64,000 bases of DNA, from NCBI GenBank assembly GCA_000990355.1, contig LBSX01000007.1, forward strand, positions 441 to 64,440, in the 5' to 3' direction. The notes beneath the pieces were generated by a model that did not search any database, was not told the origin of the DNA, and was given only the letters and a program-made list of their open reading frames with translations. Positions 1 through 9,949 of this stretch are shown piece after piece (within the stretch, counting starts at the first letter, position 1; every line of letters starts with the position of its first letter). The translations under genes were made by a program, and so were the position numbers. Source of the DNA: Candidatus Magasanikbacteria bacterium GW2011_GWC2_37_14. GTDB taxonomy: Bacteria; Patescibacteriota; Patescibacteriia; Magasanikbacterales; UBA922.

Positions 1-1319
1 ACCTCAAACATCTTTGTTAAATCTCTTGTTTCAAGCTTCTCAGCCCTAGCTACTTCTGGTTTGGGTGGTTTGGCCAAAGTTTCTACTTGCAACGCCCCAT
101 CAACCACTTTATTTATCATTGGCAAAGTTTGTTTCTTTTTAGTACTAAAATCACCATCGCCAAAACACTGTTCATAAACTTTCGTAAAAAACTCGGCTTT
201 CTTTTCTGGAGGATGTTTACTCTTTTTAAAAATTGGATCTAATTTTGCTAAAATTTTGTTTAAATAATCTAAAAACCACTCCACATCTTTCCAAAGCACT
301 TTTTCATCCATTATCAATTGTGTTAATACTGTTTTAATATCCGGTGTATAACCCAAATATTCTTTTAATACTAAATAATCTTTATTTAAGGCTTGTTCCA
401 ACAATAACGCCCTTTCACTGGCAACTTCTACAATGGGTGCTTTTGCCTCTGCCACCACAATTTTTGGTTGTTGTTCTTTAACAACAGGCCTTGTTGGCAC
501 AGGTTCTTTTTTAATATCAGGCTTTCGATAAATTCTCCCTTCTGGAGGTTTTTTAAATTCTAACTGTCCAATATAATAAGTTCTAGCAAAATTTGCAGGG
601 TTAGAGGCTTCACCGGTCATTTTTATTTTATTATCATCACCAACAGCTAAAATTGTTCCTTCTAAATAATTTAATTTTGGATCATCTCGCCGAATGGGTG
701 GTATATAAGCCATAACAATTTCACCAGCTCTTACACGATTACGCAAAATATCAATTGGCGCTTCTGGCAAAACCAGTCTTTCTCTAGCTGGCAACTTTTT
801 TTCTACTCTTATCTGTGGTTCAAATGCCTTTGCTGCTGGTTCAATAACCTTTTCTTCAACTTTTGCTTCCACTTTAACTACTGGTTTTGGAACAACCGGC
901 TCCACTACTGGCCTAACAACTTCCTCTACTACTGGTGCAACGACTTCTTTTTCTTCTGTTTCACTATTCAATTCCGCTTCATCTTTGTTTGCTCCCTTGC
1001 CAATACTAACATCCACTAATTTTTCTATATCTCCCATAGCTGCTTCTATTCGTCTTTCTTTTTCGTCAGCAGAAATAGCTTTTATACCTTCGGCCGCATT
1101 TCTATCTACCAATTCTTGTTGATCTCTACTTACTCCAATATTATATTGTCGCAATTCAATTTCCTCTTGACTGAGTGGTTTGGAAATACCCCAAAGTTTT
1201 CTCCAAGTAGATTTTAATCCTAATTTTTTATTGTGAGCACCCAAAACATCAGACGTTTCTACATCTGGCAAATTTTTACCATCTACAATATATCGTCGTT
1301 GGTTACCTTCTATTCCCAT
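1..1319 (-). CDS. hypothetical protein, 5'-complete and running off the window start. It has charged and Pro/Val/Glu-rich repeats and no recognised domain.
   Basis: Manual reverse-complement translation is open from an ATG at ~1319 to position 1. The N-terminus reads MGIEGNQRRYIVDGKNLPDV... The ORF track omits it because it has no stop inside the window. Confidence 0.5.
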   Translation of the reverse strand, partial: MGIEGNQRRYIVDGKNLPDVETSDVLGAHNKKLGLKSTWRKLWGISKPLSQEEIELRQYNIGVSRDQQELVDRNAAEGIKAISADEKERRIEAAMGDIEKLVDVSIGKGANKDEAELNSETEEKEVVAPVVEEVVRPVVEPVVPKPVVKVEAKVEEKVIEPAAKAFEPQIRVEKKLPARERLVLPEAPIDILRNRVRAGEIVMAYIPPIRRDDPKLNYLEGTILAVGDDNKIKMTGEASNPANFARTYYIGQLEFKKPPEGRIYRKPDIKKEPVPTRPVVKEQQPKIVVAEAKAPIVEVASERALLLEQALNKDYLVLKEYLGYTPDIKTVLTQLIMDEKVLWKDVEWFLDYLNKILAKLDPIFKKSKHPPEKKAEFFTKVYEQCFGDGDFSTKKKQTLPMINKVVDGALQVETLAKPPKPEVARAEKLETRDLTKMFE

Positions 1320-1366
1320 ACAAAAATATACTAATAATTCTAGCTTAATATTTTAAGCTATTTTTG

Positions 1367-4300
1367 TCAATCAACTATCTTTTCGGCTTCAGTCAATTTA
1401 ACCGATAATAAATGCGAGATGCCATCGGCTCCCATGGTTACGCCATAGAGCGCATCAGAGGCATGCATGGTAACTCGATTGTGAGTAATTACTACAAATT
1501 GTGATTGATTAGAAAGTTCCTGTAAAATTTTGGTAAAACGCAAAGTATTGGCTTCGTCTAGTGCGGCTTCTACTTCGTCCAAAACTACAAAAGGTGGCGG
1601 ATTGGTATGAAGAATGGCACAGACCAAAGCAATGGAGGCCAAAGTGCGTTCCCCTCCCGAAAGTGCTTGAATATTTTTAATTTTTTTGCCAGGTGGGCAA
1701 GCAATTACATCTACACCCAACAAAATTTGTTCTTTTTTATTTTTAGGTTTTGCATTTTCCTCTTCTTCATTTTCTAATTCATTATTTAAATCTTCTATAC
1801 TAATATTTGGGTCTTCGGCTAATTTACTTTCACCATACAATTCTACCAAATCAGCTTTGCCGCCATCGAATAATATTGCAAAATATCGCGAAAATTCTTT
1901 TTTAATTTGTTTAAAAGCCTTGTCGCGTTTTTTCTTCATTAATTCATCTAATTCTACAATCAAAGATTCCAAATCAGTTAAAGCTTTATTTAGGTCAGTT
2001 AATTGTGAATCTAAATATCCATAACGTTCCTTTGTTTCTTGGTATTCAGCCATTACTTCTTCATCAATTCCGCCAATCAAACTTAATTGATATTTTAATT
2101 TTTGAATTTTTTCTAGCGTTAATTCCATTTCCACAACTGGCAAAACTTCGGTACCACGTTCTTTTAAGGCAGTTAACTGGGTGTGTAATTCTTGATAAAC
2201 TTCGTTGCTTAAATCTTCTTGTTTAGTTTCCAATTTGGCCACCAAAACCTGCTTGTCGTTTTTCTTTTCGACAATTTTAGATAAGGCTGTTTGTTCTTCT
2301 TGCATGGCATCTTGCAAAGCAAAAATTCTTTGCTTTTTCTTTTCTTCACCTTCGTTAAATAATTTCATTTTTTCTTCCACTCCCAATAATTCTTTTTCTT
2401 TATTTTTGATTTCTTTTTCTACACCACTTTTTTGTTTTTCTACTTGGTGTAAATTTTCACTATACTCTTCTGGAGTCATGTTATGCACCGACAGTTCTTG
2501 TTGCAAAGCAGATAATTCTCTGGCTAATTCTTGCTTTTGTTCTCCAAAAACAGTTAAACGACCTACAGCAATTTGTTCACCAGACAACAAACTTTGTAAA
2601 TCAGTTTTGGCCAATTCATAATCTTTATCAACCAATTCTTCCTGCTTTTGATAAGTTAATATTTCTTCTTCTAAAGTAACCAAATCTGTACCCATTAAAT
2701 AGGGCGAATCGCCATAAGAAAAACTTAAACCACGAGCCCGTTCTTTTTTGCGATAACCGCCTTTTAAAGAACCCGACACTTCTACCACATCTCCCTCCAA
2801 AGTTACCATGCGAATCCGACCAATACCAATTTCTCGCGCCACATCCAAATTATCCACAATTAAAGTATTACCCAAAACATAAGAAAAAATATTATTAAAA
2901 CGACTATCAAATTTGGCCAATTCTACGGCCAAGCCATGCACCCCAGAACGGTTTTTTAATTCATTAATATCTTGTGAAACAATTCTTTGCCTAATTTTAT
3001 TGAGTGGCATAAAAGTGGCCACCCCCAATTCTTGAGCGCGCAAATATTCAATAGATTTTTGTGCAGTGCCGTCATTATCGACAACTACCGAAGAAAGATT
3101 GCCTCCAGCTGCCACGTCTAGTGCCAAACGATATTTTTCATCTACTTCGGCCAACTGCGCCACGGTGCCATACACTACACCCAAACGATGGCGCTCTTCT
3201 AGCACTGCTTGCACAGCTTTTAACCCAGAATATTGCATGTATGATTGTTCATTTTTTACTTGCAACATTTTTTGTTCGAGATTACCAATCTTGCCTTTAA
3301 TTTCGGTGTGCTCTAATAATTTTTCTTCTACTTCTTTTTTCTTTAACAAAATTTCTTCGGCATTTTTTTGCGAATTATTTTCTGCATCAGTTAGTTCTTT
3401 TTCCAAACGTGCCACTTCGCCTTCTAAATTATTAATTTTACTTTGAAGCCAGCCTACATTTTGCTTGCCAGCTTTGGAATATTCAGTTTGTAATTTCCCC
3501 ATTAAAACTGCTTTTTCACTTTCTAATAAATTTTTCTGTCTTAAAATTTCTTGATACTCTTTTTGTAAATTGGCAAATACTTCCTGACGCGATTCTTCGC
3601 GAGCCAAACGAGCCATTTCTTCTTGCACGGCCAATAACTTGGCATTACTTTCGGTATATTCTTTATTAAAAACTTTTAACTCTTGTTGTAAAACTTCTAA
3701 TTGAGTTTGATTGTAATAATATAATGTATAAAAATATTTCTCTTGACACTCACGTAATTGTATTTCCACTTCTTGACGTTGCTCTAATTTTTTTACTTGG
3801 CGCGACAAAGTGCGCAGTCGTGGTTCTACTTCGTTGAGTAAGGCAGTAGCCTGATCAATATTTTCTTTGGTATGATACAATTTTAAAGCGGCTTGATGGC
3901 GTTTAATTTGAAACTCTTTAATTCCACAGGCTTCATCAAAAAAATCCTTGCGTTCTTGTGGAGTTTGTAAAAGTAGTCGATCAATTGTACCCTGACCAAT
4001 TACACTATAAGCGCCTTGGCCAAATTGCGCTTTGGCCAAAAGTATTTGCAAATCAATCAACCGAACATTGTTGTTGTTTACCAAATATTCACTTTCTCCC
4101 GAACGATAAAAACGACGAGTAATTACTAATTCGTCATAATCAATTGGCACACGCTTATCGGCATTGTCCAAAATCATCGTTACTGCCGCCATGCCCATTT
4201 GCCCTTTGGAGTCAGATCCCGAAAAAATAATATCTTCACCTTTTTTACCACGCAACATTTTCATACTCTGTTCACCCATTACCCAGCGAATAGCATCGGA

Positions 4301-4441
4301 GATGTTACTTTTGCCCGCACCATTTGGCCCAACTACCGAAGTAACCGTATAACGGCCATCTTTGGCTTGAGGCAGAAATTCCAAAAAAGCCTTTTGTGCA
4401 AAAGACTTAAAACCATGTATTTCTAGACTTTTTAAATACAT
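1367..4441 (-). CDS. smc: chromosome segregation protein SMC
   Basis: Walker A GPNGAGKSN near the N-terminus, long coiled-coil arms, a central hinge, a C-terminal LSGGE signature and Walker B VVLDEVEAALD. The likely true start is MYLKSLEIHGFKSF, 12 codons inside the tracked ORF. Confidence 0.9.
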   Translation of the reverse strand: MYLKSLEIHGFKSFAQKAFLEFLPQAKDGRYTVTSVVGPNGAGKSNISDAIRWVMGEQSMKMLRGKKGEDIIFSGSDSKGQMGMAAVTMILDNADKRVPIDYDELVITRRFYRSGESEYLVNNNNVRLIDLQILLAKAQFGQGAYSVIGQGTIDRLLLQTPQERKDFFDEACGIKEFQIKRHQAALKLYHTKENIDQATALLNEVEPRLRTLSRQVKKLEQRQEVEIQLRECQEKYFYTLYYYNQTQLEVLQQELKVFNKEYTESNAKLLAVQEEMARLAREESRQEVFANLQKEYQEILRQKNLLESEKAVLMGKLQTEYSKAGKQNVGWLQSKINNLEGEVARLEKELTDAENNSQKNAEEILLKKKEVEEKLLEHTEIKGKIGNLEQKMLQVKNEQSYMQYSGLKAVQAVLEERHRLGVVYGTVAQLAEVDEKYRLALDVAAGGNLSSVVVDNDGTAQKSIEYLRAQELGVATFMPLNKIRQRIVSQDINELKNRSGVHGLAVELAKFDSRFNNIFSYVLGNTLIVDNLDVAREIGIGRIRMVTLEGDVVEVSGSLKGGYRKKERARGLSFSYGDSPYLMGTDLVTLEEEILTYQKQEELVDKDYELAKTDLQSLLSGEQIAVGRLTVFGEQKQELARELSALQQELSVHNMTPEEYSENLHQVEKQKSGVEKEIKNKEKELLGVEEKMKLFNEGEEKKKQRIFALQDAMQEEQTALSKIVEKKNDKQVLVAKLETKQEDLSNEVYQELHTQLTALKERGTEVLPVVEMELTLEKIQKLKYQLSLIGGIDEEVMAEYQETKERYGYLDSQLTDLNKALTDLESLIVELDELMKKKRDKAFKQIKKEFSRYFAILFDGGKADLVELYGESKLAEDPNISIEDLNNELENEEEENAKPKNKKEQILLGVDVIACPPGKKIKNIQALSGGERTLASIALVCAILHTNPPPFVVLDEVEAALDEANTLRFTKILQELSNQSQFVVITHNRVTMHASDALYGVTMGADGISHLLSVKLTEAEKIVD

Positions 4442-4509
4442 AATGGAAATATTATAGCACTCTTGACAAATTCCCACAATAGGATTATAATGGCTAGCTT
4501 GTAATATTT

Positions 4510-5493
4510 ATGGAAAGAACTGCCAAACAAATCCACAATTTAATTATCAATGCCCAAAACATTGTTTTGGTGCCCCACCAAAACCCCGACGGCGACGCTC
4601 TGGGGTCTGTTTCGTCTTTTTCCTATTATTTAATTAGTCTAAACAAAAGACACTATATTTTTTGTGCCACTCCTGCTTCTAGCAAATTACAAACTCTCCC
4701 CCATTTAATAGAACCTAATAATTCCTTAGAAATTTGGAAAACTCAGCCTGATTTAATTATTGTTTTGGATTCGGGCGATCTTAAATACGCGGGCATAGAC
4801 CAAATAATTAGCAATCTCACTCACGAATATTTAATTATAAATATTGATCACCATAATTCTAATACCAATTTTGGCCAGCATAATTTGGTAATAAAAAATG
4901 CTTCTGCCACGGCCGAAGTTTTGTATCATTTTTATAAATATAATAATATAAATATCGACAAAAACATGGCCTTGTCTCTCTTAACCGGTCTAATTACCGA
5001 CACCGACAACTTTACCAATGGTGCCACTAATACTAGTTCTTTAAAAATTGCTTCGGAACTTATTCACCGCGGAGCTAATTTTAATTTTCTTAAAAACTGG
5101 TTTATAAAAGATAAAAGTATTCTCGCTTTAAAACTTTGGGGTACCGTGCTTTCCCGTTTAAGTAAACACGAAGAATTGGATATTGTTTACACTTATCTTA
5201 CCAAAAATGATTTTAATAATTTGGAAATAAATGAAAATGAAATCGAAGGTATAGCTAATTTTTTAAATAATTTAGGCGAAGGCCGAGCTTCTTTAATTTT
5301 AAAGGAATTATCTAACAAAAAAATAAAAGGTAGTTTACGTACTACCAACGATAATATTGATGTTTCGGTAATTGCCAAAACTTTAGGCGGGGGTGGACAC
5401 AAAAAAGCTAGTGGCTTTGTACTCGAAGGTACACTAGAGGAAGTACTAAAAAAAGTTTGGGAAGCAGTTGCCAAGAGCGAAAAAAAGAAGTAA
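4510..5493 (+). CDS. nrnA: DHH-family phosphoesterase (NrnA-like oligoribonuclease / pAp phosphatase)
   Basis: Motifs HQNPDGDALGS, IDHH and a C-terminal GGGH (DHHA1) are present. Confidence 0.8.
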   Translation: MERTAKQIHNLIINAQNIVLVPHQNPDGDALGSVSSFSYYLISLNKRHYIFCATPASSKLQTLPHLIEPNNSLEIWKTQPDLIIVLDSGDLKYAGIDQIISNLTHEYLIINIDHHNSNTNFGQHNLVIKNASATAEVLYHFYKYNNINIDKNMALSLLTGLITDTDNFTNGATNTSSLKIASELIHRGANFNFLKNWFIKDKSILALKLWGTVLSRLSKHEELDIVYTYLTKNDFNNLEINENEIEGIANFLNNLGEGRASLILKELSNKKIKGSLRTTNDNIDVSVIAKTLGGGGHKKASGFVLEGTLEEVLKKVWEAVAKSEKKK

Positions 5494-5524
5494 AATAGTT
5501 AAGTAATCCTTAACTATTTTTTAT

Positions 5525-6124
5525 ATGTCTAACAAAGAAATACAAAATCAATATCTGATTCCCACCGTCATCGAAAAAACATCTTATGGCGAACGCGCCT
5601 ATGATATTTATTCCAGGTTGTTGAAAGACCGAATAATTTTTTTGGGCACAGCGATTGATGACGCCGTGGCCAATACCGTAATTGCCCAATTATTATTTTT
5701 GGCAAATCAAGATTCGGAAAAAGATATTAAAATTTATATCAATTCTCCTGGTGGTTCGGTTACAGCTGGTATGGCTATTTACGACACCATGCAATTTATA
5801 AAACCCGATGTTTCTACCACTTGCGTGGGTATGGCTGCTAGTATGGCTTCGGTACTCTTGGCTGCTGGCGCCAAAGGCAAACGTTTTTGTTTGCCAAATT
5901 CCGAAGTGATGATTCATCAAATTATGGGTGGTATGGAAGGTCAAGCCAGTGACATCAAAATTCATGCGGAAAGAATTTTAAAATTAAAAACTAAATTAAA
6001 TAATATTTTGGTAAAACACACTGGACAAACTTTGGAAAAAATTGACAAAGATACTGATCGTGATTATTTTATGACTGCCGAGGAAGCAGTAAAATATGGT
6101 TTGGTAGATAAGGTTATCGAATAG
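5525..6124 (+). CDS. clpP: ATP-dependent Clp protease proteolytic subunit
   Basis: 199 aa with [27 protein letters not shown] (active-site Ser) and MIHQIMGG. Confidence 0.95.
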   Translation: MSNKEIQNQYLIPTVIEKTSYGERAYDIYSRLLKDRIIFLGTAIDDAVANTVIAQLLFLANQDSEKDIKIYINSPGGSVTAGMAIYDTMQFIKPDVSTTCVGMAASMASVLLAAGAKGKRFCLPNSEVMIHQIMGGMEGQASDIKIHAERILKLKTKLNNILVKHTGQTLEKIDKDTDRDYFMTAEEAVKYGLVDKVIE

Positions 6125-6126
6125 TT

Positions 6127-6205
6127 TTTTTCCCTCCCCTATAAGGGGAGGCCCCTCGTAGGGGGAGGAAAATAAAAAACTGCGATTTATATCGCAGTTT
6201 TTTAT
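6127..6205 (+). terminator. compound terminator: two GC-rich palindromes (ccctcccctataaggggagg; cccctcgtaggggg) followed by hairpin aaaaaactgcgatttatatcgcagtttttt
   Basis: Inverted repeats read directly after the clpP stop. The last hairpin has T/A runs on both sides and is bidirectional. Confidence 0.7.
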
Positions 6206-6396
6206 TTTCAACTATTTATAATAATTTTACCCTCACACCTATGTATAGGTGTTGGGGTTTATAAACACTTGAGTCACCCTTGGTCCTCCAAGGCCAAGGT
6301 GCTCCTAAGTAATTAGGAAAAGATCGAAAAGAACGTAGATTGGTTGCCCCGGAGCTGGGGCGAGATAGACGGCTTGGCGCCATCAAGAACGGAAGG

Positions 6397-7257
6397 TTAT
6401 TCGTCGCTACACGCGTCACCAACCCCGTTGCCGTCGGCGTCGGCCTGATCGGGGTTGTAATCGCAATTGCAATTGTCGTCATAATCGTCAATACCATCAC
6501 CATCGGAATCCCCCCAGGGATCAGTGATAGAATGGGGGGCGTTGGGGCAATAGTCGCAAATATCACCCAATCCGTCGTGATCCGAATCTTTTTGACCGGG
6601 ATTGTATTCGTAACTATTATTGCAATTATCTTCATCATCTCGGACACCGTCGCCGTCGACATCGGAGTCGCACGCGTCGCCCACCCCATCGCCGTCGCCG
6701 TCGTTCTGTTTAAAATAATCCCAAGGTCTTTCGTCCCCCGGTCCCTGGAGCTCCTCGAAGTTATGTAGCGAACTACAGTGACCCCAATCATCTTCGGTTT
6801 CATTGCGACACCCCATCACGTCAAATATATTGGGGCAGTTGTCGCAAGCGTCGCCGATGCCGTCGCCGTCCATGTCACCCTGATCCAGGTTGTCAATGCC
6901 CGGGCAGTTGTCTTCTGCATCGGGCAGGCCGTCGTTGTCGTCGTCGGCTTCACAGGCATCGCCCACACCGTCGCCGTCAGCGTCGGCCTGATTGTGGTTG
7001 CTGATCTTGGGACAGTTATCGCAGGCGTCGCCAACACTATCGCCGTCAGCGTCGGCCTGGTCGTAGTTGTCCACGGTTGGACAGTTTTCACATTTGTCGC
7101 CCACGCCGTCGTAGTCAGTATCGACCTGCGCAGGGTTGGCGATCTGCTCGCAGTTGTCATCATAGTCCACGACGCCGTCGCCGTCCGTATCCGGGACTTC
7201 GCACGCCGCGAACAACAGGGCCGCCAGCACCAGCACAAACCAATCGCACTGCTTCAT
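6397..7257 (-). CDS. G+C-rich secreted lipoprotein-like protein built of thrombospondin type-3 (Ca-binding) repeats
   Basis: The ATG for MKQCDWFVLVLAALLFAAC (lipobox-like) is preceded by GGAGG. It has 8 or more repeats of D-x-D-x-DG-x-G-D-x-CD-NCP-x(3)-N-x-x-Q. Third codon positions are almost all G/C. Confidence 0.7.
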   Translation of the reverse strand: MKQCDWFVLVLAALLFAACEVPDTDGDGVVDYDDNCEQIANPAQVDTDYDGVGDKCENCPTVDNYDQADADGDSVGDACDNCPKISNHNQADADGDGVGDACEADDDNDGLPDAEDNCPGIDNLDQGDMDGDGIGDACDNCPNIFDVMGCRNETEDDWGHCSSLHNFEELQGPGDERPWDYFKQNDGDGDGVGDACDSDVDGDGVRDDEDNCNNSYEYNPGQKDSDHDGLGDICDYCPNAPHSITDPWGDSDGDGIDDYDDNCNCDYNPDQADADGNGVGDACSDE

Positions 7258-7285
7258 CACACCCTCCGAGCAAAAGGTTCGCCCA

Positions 7286-7324
7286 AAAGCACGCCCGTGC
7301 CTCCGAGCAAGAACAAGAACAGAA
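7286..7324 (-). promoter_or_regulatory. conserved ~40-nt 5' leader element, copy A (aaagcacgcccgtgcctccgagcaagaacaagaacagaa on the plus strand)
   Basis: Identical to copy B at 9753-9791. It lies 25-30 nt upstream of the start codon of the TSP3-repeat gene. Confidence 0.6.
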
Positions 7325-7366
7325 CCAAAACTAACGCAAAGCGCAAAACTAACTAAATTCAAACTA

Positions 7367-7413
7367 CCAGCTTTTTGTAGCTGGGACCTTTCATTGTCAA
7401 AGAGCGAGAAAAG
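7367..7413 (-). promoter_or_regulatory. upstream architecture copy A: hairpin ccagctttttgtagctgg plus box TTGTCAAAGAGCGAGAAAAG (read TCTCGCTCTTTGACAA on the coding strand)
   Basis: The same hairpin-plus-box arrangement recurs at 9820-9868 upstream of the second GC-rich gene. On the coding strand the box contains TTGACA. Confidence 0.45.
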
Positions 7414-7462
7414 AATACAACAATTATATGCTTTTCTCATTCTTTAAACAAAATTCATTTCT

Positions 7463-7510
7463 TCGAGGGGGAGCCGAACACGCTTTCCAGCATGTCAGCT
7501 CCCCCTCGTC
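7463..7510 (-). terminator. hairpin terminator of the Cys-rich protein gene (cgagggggagc ... gctccccctcg)
   Basis: An 11-bp perfect stem downstream of the stop at 7625, followed by a T-rich run on the minus strand. Confidence 0.6.
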
Positions 7511-7624
7511 CGCAGTGTATAGTTACCACCATTCCGATTACTCGGTTTAGTGAATTTAAATCTCAAAGATCAATTAGCATTTAATTATACAGAGCGCTTA
7601 CTCTGTGTTGTCTATATTTGTAAA

Positions 7625-9724
7625 TTAATTGCACCAGGGGTCGAGCTGGTTGCACTGCCCATCGTCCCAGTTGCACAGGGCGGTGCAGGGGTTGCCATCG
7701 GGCAGGCACTTGTCCTGGTACACGCACTGGCCCGTTTCCGGGTTGCACGACCCGTTCTGGCAATTGTTACTCTTGCAGGTGTCCTCCTGGTAATGACACC
7801 TGTTGTTCCAGATGTTGCATTCGCCCATGTACATCACCGACTTACCTGTAACGGTACAGACTCGAGTGCCCAAGGTCGGACACTCCTCATGGGTGTCACA
7901 GGCCTCACAGCCCGGCACCGGCAAGTTGGTGCAAGCACCATTCTTATAATCACAGGCGTCGTCTGTACAGGGTTCGCCGTCGTCACACTTTTCCTGGAAA
8001 GCACAACTTCCAGTTTCCGAGTTGCAATAACCAGTTCCACAGGCGTCCGAGGAGCAGACGTACTCGTGCGTACGGCACCTATGCCCCCAGGCCTCACATT
8101 CCCCCGTGTAGGAGATTGCCAAGGAGCTGCCCCCGCACATCTGCGTTCCCGACGACGGGCACTGTTCGTGGGTGTCGCAGGCCACGCAACCTGCGACGGT
8201 CAGGTTCGTGCACGCGCCCGTGCTGTCGTCGCACGAATCGTCGGTGCAGGGGTTCTCGTCGTCGCACTTGTCGTTCTGGATACACCCTCCTTTCGTCGGG
8301 TTGCACTCAGCGACCTGACACAGACCATAGGCCTGACAAACTACGCCCGGGTAAGTGCAGACATGGTCCACACACTTGTTGTCGGTGCAGGGGTTCTGGT
8401 CATCGCATTTGTAGTCCCCGTCGCACCAGATCGGGTCGTTTTCGCACCGGTAGCCATTCTGGACTTCTGCGTCCGGAATGCAGATCTGGCCACCCCAATC
8501 ACACCGTTTATTGTTGGAGCACTTGTTGCCGTCATCGCTCCATTCACAGTAATCGTCAGTACAGGGGTTCCCATCGTTGCAGTCGGCGGTCACAAGACAC
8601 GGCACACAGCCGACCGTTTCCCGACAGCGCAGGCCCTGCCCGCAGATGGCGTCCGACGCCTTGTGGGTGCACACGCACAGCGAACCCTGAGGCTCGGCGG
8701 CGTCGATCGTACAACCCACTTCGTCATCTTCGCACACTGGTGGCGCGTAAAAACACTTGTGATCGGGCCCGCAAATATCGCCCGTACAAGGGTTGCCGTC
8801 GTTGCAGTCGCCCTCGTCCAGGCAGCACCCGGGAATCTTCTCGTTCTGGCACCCCTTCCCCTCTTCGCAGAAGTCGTTGGTGCACTCGTTGTTGTCGTCG
8901 CACGACACCTGAGCCTGCCCGCAACCAAGGTACAATTCGCACTTGGCCTCGGTGCACACCGAGCTGTCGCTCGGGCACATGCCATCCATGGGCAAGTGCT
9001 GGCACAGCCCGTTGCTGTCGCATAAGTCGGTGGTGCAGTTGATGCCGTCGTCGCAATCGGTCTTGGTCTCGACGCATTGGCCGTCTACGCACGCCACGCT
9101 GGCACACTTGGACGACGCGATGCATTCCGAGAAACCGTTCCCACACTTGACTTTCTGATGGATGCAACCGATCCCAACGACACACATGTCGATGGTCGTG
9201 AGTTCGCCATCCTCGCACAGCACGGGAAAGAACTGGCAACCAACGCCGGTCACGCACTTGGCCTGGTTGCACTCGTCGCCCAAACCCAAGCACGCGTTCT
9301 CGTTGACGTGACTGAAGTTGCAACCGGTCGCCGGCAAGCACTCGTCGGCCGTGCACGGATCGTCATCGTTGCAGGTGAGCGCCTTCTGCTGGCACCCGGC
9401 CTGCAGATCGCACTCGTCCATGGTACACGCGTTGTTGTCGTTGCAGGCGACGTGGTTCGGGGTATGGTAACAGCTACCATTGTCGCACCGCTCGATGGTG
9501 CAGAGGATGCCGTCGTCGGCGCAGTCGCCATCGAAGTCACACTCGGACGGGTGATTGTCCACCTCCACCTTGTCGACTTCAGCGACCTCCTCCACCACCT
9601 CGACTTCCTGGGCCACGTCGGCCGTACCGCCGTTGCCCGTGTCCGACGTGTTGACGGAGACGCCGCACGTCACGGACACCAACGCCACCAGCACCAGCGC
9701 GAAGAACTTCACGAAGCGGTTCAT
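7625..9724 (-). CDS. G+C-rich secreted cysteine-rich repeat protein (~100 Cys; repeats C-x-D-D/N-x-N-x-C-T-x-D-x-C resembling the Myxococcus cysteine-rich repeat family)
   Basis: The ATG for MNRFVKFFALVLVALVSVTCG (signal peptide) is preceded by GGAGG. Repeated motifs include CNDGNPCTDDYC, CDDQNPCTDNKC, CDDENPCTDDSCD and CDDGEPCTDDACD. The plus-strand ORFs here are antisense artefacts. Confidence 0.7.
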   Translation of the reverse strand: MNRFVKFFALVLVALVSVTCGVSVNTSDTGNGGTADVAQEVEVVEEVAEVDKVEVDNHPSECDFDGDCADDGILCTIERCDNGSCYHTPNHVACNDNNACTMDECDLQAGCQQKALTCNDDDPCTADECLPATGCNFSHVNENACLGLGDECNQAKCVTGVGCQFFPVLCEDGELTTIDMCVVGIGCIHQKVKCGNGFSECIASSKCASVACVDGQCVETKTDCDDGINCTTDLCDSNGLCQHLPMDGMCPSDSSVCTEAKCELYLGCGQAQVSCDDNNECTNDFCEEGKGCQNEKIPGCCLDEGDCNDGNPCTGDICGPDHKCFYAPPVCEDDEVGCTIDAAEPQGSLCVCTHKASDAICGQGLRCRETVGCVPCLVTADCNDGNPCTDDYCEWSDDGNKCSNNKRCDWGGQICIPDAEVQNGYRCENDPIWCDGDYKCDDQNPCTDNKCVDHVCTYPGVVCQAYGLCQVAECNPTKGGCIQNDKCDDENPCTDDSCDDSTGACTNLTVAGCVACDTHEQCPSSGTQMCGGSSLAISYTGECEAWGHRCRTHEYVCSSDACGTGYCNSETGSCAFQEKCDDGEPCTDDACDYKNGACTNLPVPGCEACDTHEECPTLGTRVCTVTGKSVMYMGECNIWNNRCHYQEDTCKSNNCQNGSCNPETGQCVYQDKCLPDGNPCTALCNWDDGQCNQLDPWCN

Positions 9725-9752
9725 CGTATCCTCCGAACGAACGTGTGGTCTC

Positions 9753-9791
9753 GAAAGCACGCCCGTGCCTCCGAGCAAGAACAAGAACAGA
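9753..9791 (-). promoter_or_regulatory. conserved ~40-nt 5' leader element, copy B
   Basis: Identical to 7286-7324. It lies ~30 nt upstream of the ATG of the Cys-rich gene. Confidence 0.6.
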
Positions 9792-9819
9792 AACCGGCAC
9801 AAAAACAACACCAAAATTA

Positions 9820-9868
9820 ACCAGCTTAAATGGCTGGATTAGCTAGGTTGTCAAAGAGCCGAGAAAAA
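9820..9868 (-). promoter_or_regulatory. upstream architecture copy B: hairpin ccagcttaaatggctgg plus box TTGTCAAAGAGCCGAGAAAAAA
   Basis: Paralogous to 7367-7413. The hairpin is followed on the coding strand by a U-rich tract, which is attenuator-like. Confidence 0.45.
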
Positions 9869-9920
9869 ATAATTTTATTACTCTTTCTTCGCTCTTTGGC
9901 TAAATTTTCTTTAACAGCAG

Positions 9921-9949
9921 ATTGTAACAAACAAATGTCTGTTTGTCAA
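9921..9949 (-). promoter_or_regulatory. consensus sigma70-type promoter, TTGACA-17-TACAAT on the minus strand, pointing at the Cys-rich gene
   Basis: Read on the reverse complement: ttgacaaacagacatttgtttgttacaat. Confidence 0.5.

Noticed and set aside
6216-9842. Many long ORFs on both strands of the GC-rich block (7550-9025 +, 8116-9042 +, 9077-9820 +, 6216-6803 -, 6778-7356 +, 8724-9356 - and others)
   Set aside because: High G+C suppresses stop codons in all frames. These translate to Arg/Ala/Thr-rich nonsense, lack an RBS, and lie antisense or out of frame to two ORFs with clear signal peptides and repeat architecture.
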